Position numbers and translations under genes: made by a program
Assembly: GCA_946498375.1 (NCBI GenBank)
Contig: CAMMOI010000002.1
Location: 1-60,452 of the forward strand
Source of the DNA: an uncultured Mycoplasmatota bacterium
GTDB lineage: Bacteria; Bacillota_I; Bacilli_A; RF39; UBA660
Direction: 5' to 3'
Length of the DNA stretch: 60,452 bases
In this document: positions 1 through 10,010 of the stretch, one piece after another
Position numbering within the stretch: position 1 is the first letter of the stretch
Layout: the number at the start of each line of letters is the position of its first letter
Notes under the pieces: generated by a model
What the model saw: only the letters and a program-made list of their open reading frames with translations
Told to the model about the DNA's origin: nothing
Database searches by the model: none

Positions 1-188
1 TTTCATTCTTTTCAAATATTTTTTTCATAATTATCTCACTTTCAAATTACTATTTGTTGTTTAGATAATTATATCATTTTTCTTGCATAAAAACTATTCC
101 CAAATAGTAACAAAAGTATTATAATGTATGTAGTGATTGATTCATATATCAATTACCTTTGGTAAAAGTTGTAGATAACTTCCTCAAC

Positions 189-227
189 GGCACCATTTTA
201 GAAATTTATTCGAACTATTCGAGTTTT
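189..227 (+). repeat. Copy of the tRNA-Leu 3' end (GGCACCA) plus its downstream hairpin, inverted relative to 40577..40616
   Basis: 17-nt perfect match GGCACCATTTTAGAAAT. It is followed by a TTCGAA-nnn-TTCGA(G/A)-TTTT hairpin region. Over 39 nt I count 4 mismatches and 1 indel against the reverse complement of 40577..40616. No tRNA body lies upstream of 189. Confidence 0.75.
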
Positions 228-383
228 AAATATATATCAAGTTCAAATATGACTAATTTTTATTTTTATAAAAAATACTCAGTATATTTTGATATTTGTG
301 TCAAGATACCTAGGAAATTAAATGTTTGGTCACAGTAAAATATAATTGGCTTATGTAATAAAAAGCAATAGAAAGTGATATAC

Positions 384-908
384 ATGAAAAAACTAATTAA
401 TAATTACTTAATTAACAAGTTAAAAGATGGCAATAATTTGAATATTGTTCTATTATCATATAATGAATACTGGCCTGAGATTCAAGAATTAGATAATCAT
501 TTTGAAAATTGTAATGTTGTAGTTCTTAGGAATTTTACTTCTTATATAAAATTAGCAGACATTCAAAAGCGTAATCAAATTGAAAATAGTGATTTAATTA
601 TTTTCTATAGTTCAGAATTTTATAATGAAAAGGAAATTGCTGAATTAGAAGATATTGCATTTAGAATATCAACTGATAAAAATAAAAGAGTTAGCATAGG
701 GTATTTATATTGTCTTCCAGTTAGACAAAGACCGCACGAAAGTATATCGAAACAAATTCAAATCATTAGTTTTAAAAATGATGAAGAAGTTATCGAAGAA
801 ACATATCCAACACCGTATTTTTCGGCATATGACTTAGCAGAACTTACTTTAGCAGTAGCTGATGATTATGACATTGTCAAACAACAGAAGTTAGAGAAGA
901 AGTTATAG
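384..908 (+). CDS. hypothetical protein
   Basis: ORF 375..908. The track start is GTG and I prefer the in-frame ATG at 384. A hairpin terminator follows at 969..995. No recognisable motif. Confidence 0.5.
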   Translation: MKKLINNYLINKLKDGNNLNIVLLSYNEYWPEIQELDNHFENCNVVVLRNFTSYIKLADIQKRNQIENSDLIIFYSSEFYNEKEIAELEDIAFRISTDKNKRVSIGYLYCLPVRQRPHESISKQIQIISFKNDEEVIEETYPTPYFSAYDLAELTLAVADDYDIVKQQKLEKKL

Positions 909-968
909 ATATCTATTTTATTCGTAACATGAAATATAATTATCACACTCATATGGTGTTAATATAAG

Positions 969-995
969 TCAATCAGAAATATGATTGATTTTTTT
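969..995 (+). terminator. rho-independent terminator
   Basis: Stem TCAATCA / TGATTGA with a 6-nt loop, followed by TTTTTTT. Confidence 0.6.
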
Positions 996-1103
996 ACAAA
1001 AAAATCGTAGGCAAAGCTGACTTTAAAATAGAAATCTAATAAATATGTGCTAAGATAATGATATAATATAATGTAGTTACTACCTGTTTTATGGAGGAAT
1101 ATT

Positions 1104-1340
1104 ATGCAGAATGAAAATAGTAAAAAAATAGAAATAGCAAGGCAATTTTGTCAAGAAGTTAAAGAAATTGCTAAAAAATATAACTTACCTTTTTTTGTTG
1201 TAACTGAAGGAGCCAGTGCAACGTCTAATAATAATTGTGTAGCAGTTAAAAATGCAAGAGATAATCATATTAAATGGGAAAAGGAAAATGGTTATGATCC
1301 TTATGAAGATTGGAGTAAAATAGATGGACCAAAAAATTAA
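1104..1340 (+). CDS. small hypothetical protein (78 aa)
   Basis: ATG preceded by GGAGGAATATT. Overlaps the next ORF by 17 nt, which suggests translational coupling. Confidence 0.5.
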   Translation: MQNENSKKIEIARQFCQEVKEIAKKYNLPFFVVTEGASATSNNNCVAVKNARDNHIKWEKENGYDPYEDWSKIDGPKN

Positions 1341-2418
1341 TGATATAATGAATTTAATGGATTCTATTGAATACGGTTTTAAAGATGAAAATGATGAAAA
1401 TATAATTAATGTCAATTTTCAGAAATGGGAAGATGAATTTTCTAAATTTTATTATTTACAAACTCCTGAAGAATTATTAAAATCTAAATGTGGTGTTTGC
1501 TGGGATCAAGTAGAATTAGAAAGAAAGTTATTTCAAGATAATAATATTAAATTTATAACTTATTTTATCTATATAGTTGACAACAATGTGTTACCATCAC
1601 ATACTTTTTTAACTTATGAAAATAATCATAAATACTATTGGTTTGAACATTCTTGGGGAGCATATAAAGGAATTCACGAATATGATACTGAATTAGAATT
1701 ATTATTAGATGTTAAAAAAATATTTAAAAAAGAACATAATTATGTCAGCGAAAAATCATTCATATATATTTATGAATATCAAAAGCCAAAAAAACATATA
1801 ACTTGTGACGAATTTTATGAATATATTGAAACTCAAAAAATTATTAAGACAAATGAGCCATTATATTTTTATCATTTAGTAAATAAATATGCTGACATGA
1901 GCAAAGGTTTATTAAGTCTTCAATACATGTATAATAATAAGATGTATGATTTATTTGATAAAAATATTGAAAAATACAAAGACAGAATAATAAATGCTTG
2001 GAACATAAAAAAGTACAGAGGAAAAAACAACTTGACTCGTGAAGAATATATTGACGCATTAAATATTTTTAGGGGAAAATATGGCTCAAATTATATATAC
2101 TTTTTTAAATATCCTCCATATAAAAATCTAGGCAATAAAATAAATGAATTGTCCAAATATAAAGATATTTATAGAATTAATATAAACGATGAAGAAGTTC
2201 AAAAATTAATAACAGATATTTTCTATGGTTATGATATGAGTGATAGTATTAATAAACCATTAAATAAAAAATATTATGAGAATATTTCAAAAAAAGAATA
2301 TTTTTCTAAATATGATGATACTCTTTTAATGAATTTTAGTACTTTAAATCATATTAGTATAAGTTTTAAAAATGGATATTGTCCAAAGCAATTTTTAGAA
2401 AAAATAAATTGGGAATAA
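1324..2418 (+). CDS. hypothetical protein with an N-terminal Cys/His motif (possible transglutaminase/papain-like fold)
   Basis: RBS TGGAG lies 8 nt upstream of the ATG. Motifs are LLKSKCGVCW ... SHTFLTY ... FEHSWG. The same C ... HTF ... WG pattern occurs in the protein at 39481..40440. Confidence 0.5.
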   Translation: MDQKINDIMNLMDSIEYGFKDENDENIINVNFQKWEDEFSKFYYLQTPEELLKSKCGVCWDQVELERKLFQDNNIKFITYFIYIVDNNVLPSHTFLTYENNHKYYWFEHSWGAYKGIHEYDTELELLLDVKKIFKKEHNYVSEKSFIYIYEYQKPKKHITCDEFYEYIETQKIIKTNEPLYFYHLVNKYADMSKGLLSLQYMYNNKMYDLFDKNIEKYKDRIINAWNIKKYRGKNNLTREEYIDALNIFRGKYGSNYIYFFKYPPYKNLGNKINELSKYKDIYRININDEEVQKLITDIFYGYDMSDSINKPLNKKYYENISKKEYFSKYDDTLLMNFSTLNHISISFKNGYCPKQFLEKINWE

Positions 2419-2938
2419 CAAGGTTAGAAAAATCAAAAAATGCATGTTAAATTATATTTTTGATTTTTTCGTTTTGTGAAAAGGTAGTAATTTTAATACT
2501 TGTGTTACATTGATTATGTCTTTGGCAATTATATGATTAGGAATTATCTGAAAAAGTAATCACAGATATTGTAAGGCAAGATAAGTATAATGTTCTATTT
2601 AAATGAAGATGGTGTTTCTTTAAATAATTTAGCTAAACATAGAACATTTTCCAATATTAGAAAATAATTCTCTGATATAAAGAAAGAGAGTGATAAAAAT
2701 AGCAGATGATAAATCGATAATAAAAGCAACTACTCCAAATAGTATTCAAAATTATAGACACAACAAATGATATTTTAGAGCACACGGATGTTAAGGATTA
2801 TTTAACTACAGCTTTTATGAGATATTTTAAAAATGATTTTGATGATAACTTTGTTTCACAAGAAGATATTGAGCATTATTATACAGTCGCATCAGTAATT
2901 GTCAAAGCAATTAATTAAAAAAGTCAAAAGGAGGATTT

Positions 2939-3694
2939 ATGGAATATAATTTTAGTAATGATGTAAAATTATTTATGGTTTTTGATATATTAGGAGATAC
3001 ACAAAGAACAGGTCCTTTACTATGGCAAATAGATAGAAAAAGACTTGAAGATGTTAAAAATCATATATTAGATTTATTGTTGATTGCAAGAATATTAAAA
3101 AAATACTTTCCAACTAGTTTAGATTATAACAAAATTAACGATTATATAATGTGCCATGATTTACCAGAAGCTATAACTGGAGATATAACTAAATTTGAAG
3201 GTGTTTCAAAAGAAGAAATAAAAAGAGTGACAAATTTAGCAATTGATTATTTATCAAATAAATTTGATAATGTATTAAATTTTGGAACGATATTGAATGA
3301 ATATGAAAGTAGAATCGATATTGAATCTAAAGTAGTTAATATGATAGATAAAGTCCATTCTTCTACTACTTTTATAAAATATCAAAGTGAACAAAATATT
3401 AATATGAATGATCCAAGAATTATTCCAGAATTAAGAAATCATCCGTTTGTTGTAAAGAAAATAAATGAAGGAAAAGATTTAGCTGATATTTTCTTTGAAT
3501 TTCATATGATGTCTGTTGATATTACAGATGAAGAATGTGAAAGATATGGTATAAGTCGTGATAATGCAGATAAAATAGTTAATGCCATTAGAGCGTTTGC
3601 TAATGAAATGTATAATCAAAAATTAAATGGAACTCTATTAGATGTAAAAAAAGATTTTCCAAGTGAAGCAATGAAATACAATAGAAACAGATAA
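2939..3694 (+). CDS. HD-domain phosphohydrolase (YfbR-like 5'-deoxynucleotidase family)
   Basis: RBS AAAGGAGGA. Motifs are H (KNHILDLL) ... HD (MCHDLPEAITGDI) ... D, as in HD-superfamily nucleotidases. Confidence 0.65.
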   Translation: MEYNFSNDVKLFMVFDILGDTQRTGPLLWQIDRKRLEDVKNHILDLLLIARILKKYFPTSLDYNKINDYIMCHDLPEAITGDITKFEGVSKEEIKRVTNLAIDYLSNKFDNVLNFGTILNEYESRIDIESKVVNMIDKVHSSTTFIKYQSEQNINMNDPRIIPELRNHPFVVKKINEGKDLADIFFEFHMMSVDITDEECERYGISRDNADKIVNAIRAFANEMYNQKLNGTLLDVKKDFPSEAMKYNRNR

Positions 3695-3840
3695 AAAGTT
3701 ATCAATTTTTGCAAAAAATATGTTCTAATGAATATAGATATTATATCTATTAATTCTGCTTTTGCTTAAGAGTTCAAAATAGGATATGTAATCGTAGCAG
3801 ATTGATATAAAACTTGAACTTTTAGTTTGAGATTAAAATA

Positions 3841-3874
3841 AAAAGATATCAGAGATTTAAATCTGATATCTTTT
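3841..3874. terminator. bidirectional terminator between convergent genes
   Basis: AAAAGATATCAGA / TCTGATATCTTTT, about a 10-13 bp stem flanked by an A-run and a T-run. Confidence 0.7.
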
Positions 3875-3924
3875 GCCATTTTAAAGATACATTTGAATAA
3901 TGTTATGATTGTTATATGGGTATA

Positions 3925-4815
3925 TTAATTATTATTAGTCATCATTGCAATTAATTTCTTTACACTATAATTAGGAGTCTTTTTATCTATAGTGGCGATA
4001 CCAATAAATCTTTTAGGAACTTTAGGAACTACTTCAATCTCATACAATGAGTTATTTTCTAATTCAGTTTTTATAAATTCTTTTGTGGCATATCCAATAC
4101 CAAATCCGGCTTTAACTAAATCCATAATTAAATTATAACTTACAACTTCTAGTTGTGGTTTTAAATTTGCATTATTATCTTTTAAATAATTGTTTAAATA
4201 TGTTCTTGTGTTTGAAGGCAATTTTTGAAAAATTAAGGGAAAAGAATTCAAATCCTTTATATTTAGCTTACCTTTTGTTAAATCATAATACTTTTTATTA
4301 CCAACAAAAATATCTTGTACTTCAGTTAAGAAAGTTATTTTTAAATCTTTAGTTTCATACATTGGCATATTTAAGAATAATATATCAATATTTCCATTTC
4401 TTAATTCTTTAATTAAATCAGTTGTAAGATTATTGACTATTTGGATATCGATTTTAGGATACAATTCATGAAATATTTCAAGATATGGCATTAGAACATG
4501 TCTACAAACTGTAGTTGATGCTCCAATTCTGATAATACCACTATCTAAATTTTTTAAATTAGATAATGCATTTTCACCGTTTGCTATACTTTCTATTCCA
4601 TTTTTAACATAATCAAATAAAACTTTTCCTTCATCAGTTAAAATAACTCCATGTTTTGTTCTTGTAAATAGACTAATACCTAATTGATTTTCTAATTTCT
4701 TTATTTGAAAAGTTATTGCCGGTTGAGATATAAAAAGTGCTTTAGCTGCAGCAGAAATACTTCCATTTTTTGCAACTATATAAAAAATACGATATAAATC
4801 TAAACTAATATTCAT
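3925..4815 (-). CDS. LysR-family transcriptional regulator
   Basis: N-terminal wHTH: MNISLDLYRIFYIVAKNGSISAAAKALFISQPAITFQIKKLE. C-terminal substrate-binding-type domain. The track start is TTG at 4839 and I prefer the ATG at 4815. Confidence 0.85.
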   Translation of the reverse strand: MNISLDLYRIFYIVAKNGSISAAAKALFISQPAITFQIKKLENQLGISLFTRTKHGVILTDEGKVLFDYVKNGIESIANGENALSNLKNLDSGIIRIGASTTVCRHVLMPYLEIFHELYPKIDIQIVNNLTTDLIKELRNGNIDILFLNMPMYETKDLKITFLTEVQDIFVGNKKYYDLTKGKLNIKDLNSFPLIFQKLPSNTRTYLNNYLKDNNANLKPQLEVVSYNLIMDLVKAGFGIGYATKEFIKTELENNSLYEIEVVPKVPKRFIGIATIDKKTPNYSVKKLIAMMTNNN

Positions 4816-4905
4816 AATATAACCATTTCTTATAACCAATATAAATAATATATATTATATTTATATCATATTTTTATGTATACTTCAATTAGGAGAGATA
4901 AAATT

Positions 4906-6177
4906 ATGATTGAAATAGAATATAAAGAAAAAGAAAAAGTAGATAATCTTTATAATCAAATTAAAAATATTATATTATCTAAAAAGGATAATAAAAGTTT
5001 TAACTATAATTACAAACAGCATTCCTTATATGAAGAATTAGAATATCCGGGTATAAGTAAAAATTATTATAACGAAAGTGGAGAAGTTGAATTTGAAAAC
5101 ATTAATGGAAATACTATAAGAATAGAAATTTCTCGCTGGCATGTCCATAAGCATAATGGCTATAGTGGATTAAATGGAATTCCCTGTCTTAGTGCGACAA
5201 TTTATATAGTAGAAAAAGCAGAAAAACATGTAGTATGGGAGTTAAATGTTAGATCAGGAACTTTATATTATAAAGCTAAGATATCAAGTTTAGAAATTCC
5301 AAATGATATTTTGCAAGAAAAACATATTTATTTAGGGGCTAGTATTAAAAAAAATAAAGCAATATCAATGCCAGAAGATAAAATAGAAAAAGAAAGTCAA
5401 ATTATTAAATCGCAAGAAACAAGAATATTATTTGATGAAATTGTAAACTTGTATAATAAATATAAGTTTGCCGAACAAACTAAAGAAAAGCTTTTGTTAA
5501 AAAGGCAACAAGAGATAGAAGAAACAACTGAAAAAATTATTAAATATTATTCTCCAAAACTACTTAAAAATAATGAAGATATTATCGCTATAAAAAAAGA
5601 ATTAAATGATTTTAATAAATTATTTACAAAATACTCAACATTCAATATTGACTTAATTGGACAAGCAATACAACAATTAATGACACTTGTAGAAAGTGAA
5701 GAGTATTTATATAAACAAGTCACATATGTGGTAAAAAAAAGAGTACATGGTGTTATGGATAGTTGGGATGAAGATATGCAAATAAAAGCAAGTATTGTGC
5801 TTAGGAAAGAAAAGTTAATAAATTATTATAATAGTTCATATGAAGATGAAAGCAAAATTAATGTACTCATAAAAAATGAAGCTGCATTATTGTTATTTGA
5901 ACAAGATATAAATAATTATAATAAAAAAATAACTTTTTATACTTTGCAAGATGGCAAGGTTTTGGATAATATTAATTTTGGTAAATTTGATTACATAAAA
6001 GAATTTATAGACAATATAGTTCAATATAGATTTCAAAATAATATGACAGATTTTTCCAAAAAAGATATGCTTTCATTTATGAAAAATTTTTTAATTAAAC
6101 ATAAAGATATTATTATGAAAAATTATGATTCTAAAATTAAAGAAAAAGTATTAAGTTTAAAATTGGATATTTCATAA
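4906..6177 (+). CDS. hypothetical protein (divergent from the LysR gene)
   Basis: ORF 4876..6177. The ATG at 4906 is preceded by AGGAGAGATAAAATT. No recognisable motif. Confidence 0.5.
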   Translation: MIEIEYKEKEKVDNLYNQIKNIILSKKDNKSFNYNYKQHSLYEELEYPGISKNYYNESGEVEFENINGNTIRIEISRWHVHKHNGYSGLNGIPCLSATIYIVEKAEKHVVWELNVRSGTLYYKAKISSLEIPNDILQEKHIYLGASIKKNKAISMPEDKIEKESQIIKSQETRILFDEIVNLYNKYKFAEQTKEKLLLKRQQEIEETTEKIIKYYSPKLLKNNEDIIAIKKELNDFNKLFTKYSTFNIDLIGQAIQQLMTLVESEEYLYKQVTYVVKKRVHGVMDSWDEDMQIKASIVLRKEKLINYYNSSYEDESKINVLIKNEAALLLFEQDINNYNKKITFYTLQDGKVLDNINFGKFDYIKEFIDNIVQYRFQNNMTDFSKKDMLSFMKNFLIKHKDIIMKNYDSKIKEKVLSLKLDIS

Positions 6178-6309
6178 TTTAATATACTCATATCGAATAA
6201 TAGTTATTGCTAATCATTTTTTTAGTTTGAGGCATCATAAGTGTTTAATCTAAGCCTTAAATTATTACTTATTATTAAAAAATATGATAAAATACAGATT
6301 AAAGTTGTG

Positions 6310-8265
6310 ATGATGATTATGAAAAAGAGTAAATATTTTTATAATGGTATACCTTTATTTACATATTGTAAAGATAATAACATTAATTATAAGTCTATTC
6401 TAACAAGAATAAGTAAATTAAAAAAAGATGATAAATATATTAATTACCCGGAATCTGAAATTGTAGATAAAGTTATCGAAGCTTACGGAACAAATACAAA
6501 ATATTTTTACAAAGGAATGTCTTTAAGGCAATACTGTTTAAACAATAATATAGTTTTTGGCTCTGTTGAGAATCGGATCAATAGATTAAGGGCATATTAT
6601 CCTAAACTCACAGATAATGAGTTAGTTGTATTGGCGCTGGAGGTATATACTAATGGTCATTATAAACTATTTTATAAAGATGAACCTCTAATTGAGTATT
6701 GTCAAAAAAATCCTCATTTAAATTATGATACTATAAGATTACGCATTAGGCGAGAAAAACAGATAGAACCTAATATAACATCAACAGAAATAGATGAAAT
6801 AATTGAAAATTATATAGAAGAAGAACATAAAGGAATTTATACTTATTATTATTTGGGTATTCCATTAAAACAATATTGTGAAGAAAACAATATGAATTAT
6901 AACAGTGTTATGGCATTTATTTATAGATATAAAAACAAGTATAAAGATAGTAATTTATCAAATAATGAATTAGTTCAAAGAGCAATGGCCATTTATCATC
7001 CATATATTCCAAAATATCAATATAAGGGTATTCCCTTACAACAATTTTGTAATGAGCATAACATAAATGCTAGTTCTGTTAGGCATAAAATAGTAAAGGA
7101 GATATTAAAATCAAATAAATTATTACAAGAAATAGTTGATGAATGTGTAGAGCATTATTTAAATAGTCCACAAATTATACCAATAGAAACAAAATACTAT
7201 TTCAATAATCAAACTTTAACAAAATTTTGCGATTTTATGGGATATCCATATCTAGCAATTTGGAGACGAATTAAAAGATTAGAAGCTAAAGCTGAGTTAA
7301 TAAATAGTGAACAAATTATAGCCACAGCAATAAAAAAATATGAAGATAAATTACAAATAGATAAAATAAATGAAGCATTTAATAATTTAAGAAGTAAAAG
7401 AGTAAAAAATATTAATGAAATAGAAAATATATGTGATTTTTTAAAGATTAATTTTGAAAAAGTAAATTATTTAGTTAGCATGGATTTTTCATATAATCAA
7501 GCTATTAATTTAATATGGTATTTTTATGATGAACTAGCTTATAATGATTATAAGATTATTACTGATGAAAAATTAGAGTATTTATTATCTTTAGTAAATA
7601 AATTAGAACAAGCTAATGAATCAAATATTGTTGATTTTGAATTGTATGATCTAATAGGAATATATAAAAGTGAATTATATGATTCAAGAACTGAAATATT
7701 ATTAAGGCAAAAAAAATATATAAATAAAACATTATTTTCATTATGTACAAGCTATGAAGTTGAAATTAATAAAAATAATTATGAAGATTTTGAAAATGAA
7801 ATAAAATATTATTTACTAAAAGTAATAGAGCGTTCTAATTTAAATATCGTTGGGCAAATAGTTAAATATATGGATTTAACAGTTAAAGGATATTTTAGAG
7901 ATTATTTAAAAAAATATAAGAAATATAATAATAATTTATCACTTAATGACGCTAAATACGTTAATGATAAAAACACCAGTAAAGAAAAATCAAGAATAGA
8001 TTATATTGCTATTTCCAATAATCCATACGAAAAAATAGAACACACTTTATTTAGCTCTGATATGATGAGAGCACTATCTAATTTATCACAACAAGATTTA
8101 TTATTTATTGTATTAAAATTTCAAGAAAATTATAATGATGATGAATTAGCAGAATATTTTCATATAAGTATAGATGAACTTGAAAAAAAAGAAAATTTAA
8201 TACTATCTATATTAAAAAATAATGATAGTATTAAAGCAATAAAAAAGTTAAAGAAGGGAATTTAA
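6310..8265 (+). CDS. sigma-70-like protein with six N-terminal tandem HTH-like repeats
   Basis: Six units of [YF]Y.G.[PS]L..[YF]C..N.[IM]N[YF].[ST][IV]...R[IL]. The C-terminus has a region-4-like HTH (LSQQDLLFIVLKFQENYNDDELAEYFHISIDELEKKE) and a region-2-like segment (EDFENEIKYYLLKVIERS). The start codon is uncertain (GTG 6241, ATG 6310/6313/6319). Confidence 0.5.
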   Translation: MMIMKKSKYFYNGIPLFTYCKDNNINYKSILTRISKLKKDDKYINYPESEIVDKVIEAYGTNTKYFYKGMSLRQYCLNNNIVFGSVENRINRLRAYYPKLTDNELVVLALEVYTNGHYKLFYKDEPLIEYCQKNPHLNYDTIRLRIRREKQIEPNITSTEIDEIIENYIEEEHKGIYTYYYLGIPLKQYCEENNMNYNSVMAFIYRYKNKYKDSNLSNNELVQRAMAIYHPYIPKYQYKGIPLQQFCNEHNINASSVRHKIVKEILKSNKLLQEIVDECVEHYLNSPQIIPIETKYYFNNQTLTKFCDFMGYPYLAIWRRIKRLEAKAELINSEQIIATAIKKYEDKLQIDKINEAFNNLRSKRVKNINEIENICDFLKINFEKVNYLVSMDFSYNQAINLIWYFYDELAYNDYKIITDEKLEYLLSLVNKLEQANESNIVDFELYDLIGIYKSELYDSRTEILLRQKKYINKTLFSLCTSYEVEINKNNYEDFENEIKYYLLKVIERSNLNIVGQIVKYMDLTVKGYFRDYLKKYKKYNNNLSLNDAKYVNDKNTSKEKSRIDYIAISNNPYEKIEHTLFSSDMMRALSNLSQQDLLFIVLKFQENYNDDELAEYFHISIDELEKKENLILSILKNNDSIKAIKKLKKGI

Positions 8266-8271
8266 AATAAA

Positions 8272-8979
8272 TTATCCTTTTTTTATTAAATTTAAAAGGT
8301 ATTTATCATTATGGGCTTTATTAAAAGCTTTTAAATATGCGTTTTGAGTAATACCACAAGAATCCATTTTTTGTAATTCTTCAAAACTTAATTCGTTAAT
8401 TTTTGCTAATTTAAATAATTTTAATAAATTAGATATGTTTTTACCATCAAGTATTGTAAATCTTTCTTGTTCTAATAATTGTAAAATATATAAAGATTCG
8501 GGTAGTTGAATAATGTTTTTCATTCTATAATTTTTCCCGCTATTATCAAATCCTAAATAATTATAATCGTTATCAGATAAAAGAAAATATTTTATCATCT
8601 TTAAATATTGAATTTGAACTACATTTTTATCTGCTAATTGACCATTATAATATAAATTTAATAATATTTCATTATCTTTCTGGCACATATTATCAGTTTT
8701 TAAAACATGATATCGATGATATGCATTATCAATACTATTTTTTCTATCTTCATTATCTGCATATTCAGCTAAAAGTGTTTTGCTATTATGTGGAATTTTT
8801 GTATAGTTTTCAAAAAGTAATAACTCATTATATGGATCAACGTGTGTCTCTGCTAAAAATATTCTTTCGTTTTCTGGAATTGTTTTCATTTGTAATATTC
8901 GATAATTTATTAAATCATCTTTATTTGCATTAAATTCATAAACTTCAAAAGCTTTGTCTTTTTGGTCATATAAAAACAT
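8272..8979 (-). CDS. hypothetical protein
   Basis: Long ORF with a GGAGAAAATATAT-type RBS region upstream. No recognisable motif. Confidence 0.5.
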   Translation of the reverse strand: MFLYDQKDKAFEVYEFNANKDDLINYRILQMKTIPENERIFLAETHVDPYNELLLFENYTKIPHNSKTLLAEYADNEDRKNSIDNAYHRYHVLKTDNMCQKDNEILLNLYYNGQLADKNVVQIQYLKMIKYFLLSDNDYNYLGFDNSGKNYRMKNIIQLPESLYILQLLEQERFTILDGKNISNLLKLFKLAKINELSFEELQKMDSCGITQNAYLKAFNKAHNDKYLLNLIKKG

Positions 8980-9112
8980 ATATTTTCTCCTTTTCTATTA
9001 CTATTTTATCATAAATTTATTTAGTTTATTTTTTTATATTTAAAAAGTTTTAAGGTTTAAGCAAATAATATAAAGTTATGGTATAATATTTAATAAATAT
9101 GGAGGTTATAAA

Positions 9113-9919
9113 ATGAAATATGATGATCAATTTTTTAATTTAAGCACTGAGGCATATACTAAAGTAGAATTATCAGCTAATTGTGAAAATGAAGAGATTT
9201 TAAAAAAACAATCCCAATTACTTAAAATATTATTAAAAAGATTTCAAGCTGAATTAAAAAGTAAAAAGCTTAACAATTCAGGAATTTTAAAAGTTAAATT
9301 TCAAAATTCATTTTCACAAGAATCTGATTTAGGATATAATGAAATCGATGAATTAGTAAAAAGTAATAATTTTGATGCTTTTGCAAGCCAATATTGTTTT
9401 TATTTAAAAGATGTAGAATATAATTGCGATGAATCTTTGCCTGCTTATTATGAAATAATATGGGATTACAAGACTTATTTTGAACAATTAAGTATGCAAC
9501 AAATTAATATTACCAATCAATCAAATATAAGTAATAATGAATTTATAAAAGCTATAAATGACTTTCAACAATTACCTATTAAATATCAAATTGATATTTT
9601 AAAATCTTTTGTTCAAAGTGTTGAAAAAGGAAAAAATAGTAATGAACATGATATAGCAGTTAATACTTGTTTAAAAGAAGGACATCTATTTGACGAGTGG
9701 AAAACAAGAAGTTGGCCAACTAAAGAAGTATATTGGGATGCTGGTCCTCAAGAATATATTGATATCCATAAAACATGGTGGAGAACTTGTATGCGATGCG
9801 GTTATAAAGATGTATTTAATCATGAGCCACAAGAATTAATTGATGCAAGAAAAGCAAAATATAGAAAGTCAAGAATTAAGAAATTAGAAAGTGAACTAAA
9901 GAAGTTAAAGAATGAGTAA
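9113..9919 (+). CDS. hypothetical protein
   Basis: RBS TGGAGG lies 8 nt upstream of the ATG. C-terminal CMRCGYKD plus a basic coiled tail. No family recognised. Confidence 0.5.
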   Translation: MKYDDQFFNLSTEAYTKVELSANCENEEILKKQSQLLKILLKRFQAELKSKKLNNSGILKVKFQNSFSQESDLGYNEIDELVKSNNFDAFASQYCFYLKDVEYNCDESLPAYYEIIWDYKTYFEQLSMQQINITNQSNISNNEFIKAINDFQQLPIKYQIDILKSFVQSVEKGKNSNEHDIAVNTCLKEGHLFDEWKTRSWPTKEVYWDAGPQEYIDIHKTWWRTCMRCGYKDVFNHEPQELIDARKAKYRKSRIKKLESELKKLKNE

Positions 9920-9976
9920 ATTGTAGTTATTTAATTAAAATATAGTAACTAATACAAAAAATATACAAATTGTTGT

Positions 9977-10010
9977 AAAAAAAATAATTGAGCAGATCAA
10001 TTATTTTTTT
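9977..10010. terminator. bidirectional terminator overlapping the stop of 9997..10431
   Basis: AATAATTGA / TCAATTATT stem flanked by an A-run and a T-run. Confidence 0.5.

Noticed and set aside
1-28. Possible start of a minus-strand gene at the left edge (reverse complement ATGAAAAAAATATTTGAAAAGAATGAAA).
   Set aside because: Only 9 codons are visible, which is too little to support a call.
2690-2917. Possible frameshifted gene remnant. A GTG-initiated frame stops at 2768-2770, and the +1 frame continues to 2917 (ending ...DFDDNFVSQEDIEHYYTVASVIVKAIN).
   Set aside because: Both pieces are short, have no convincing start or RBS, and show no recognisable homology. I cannot distinguish a decayed gene from chance.
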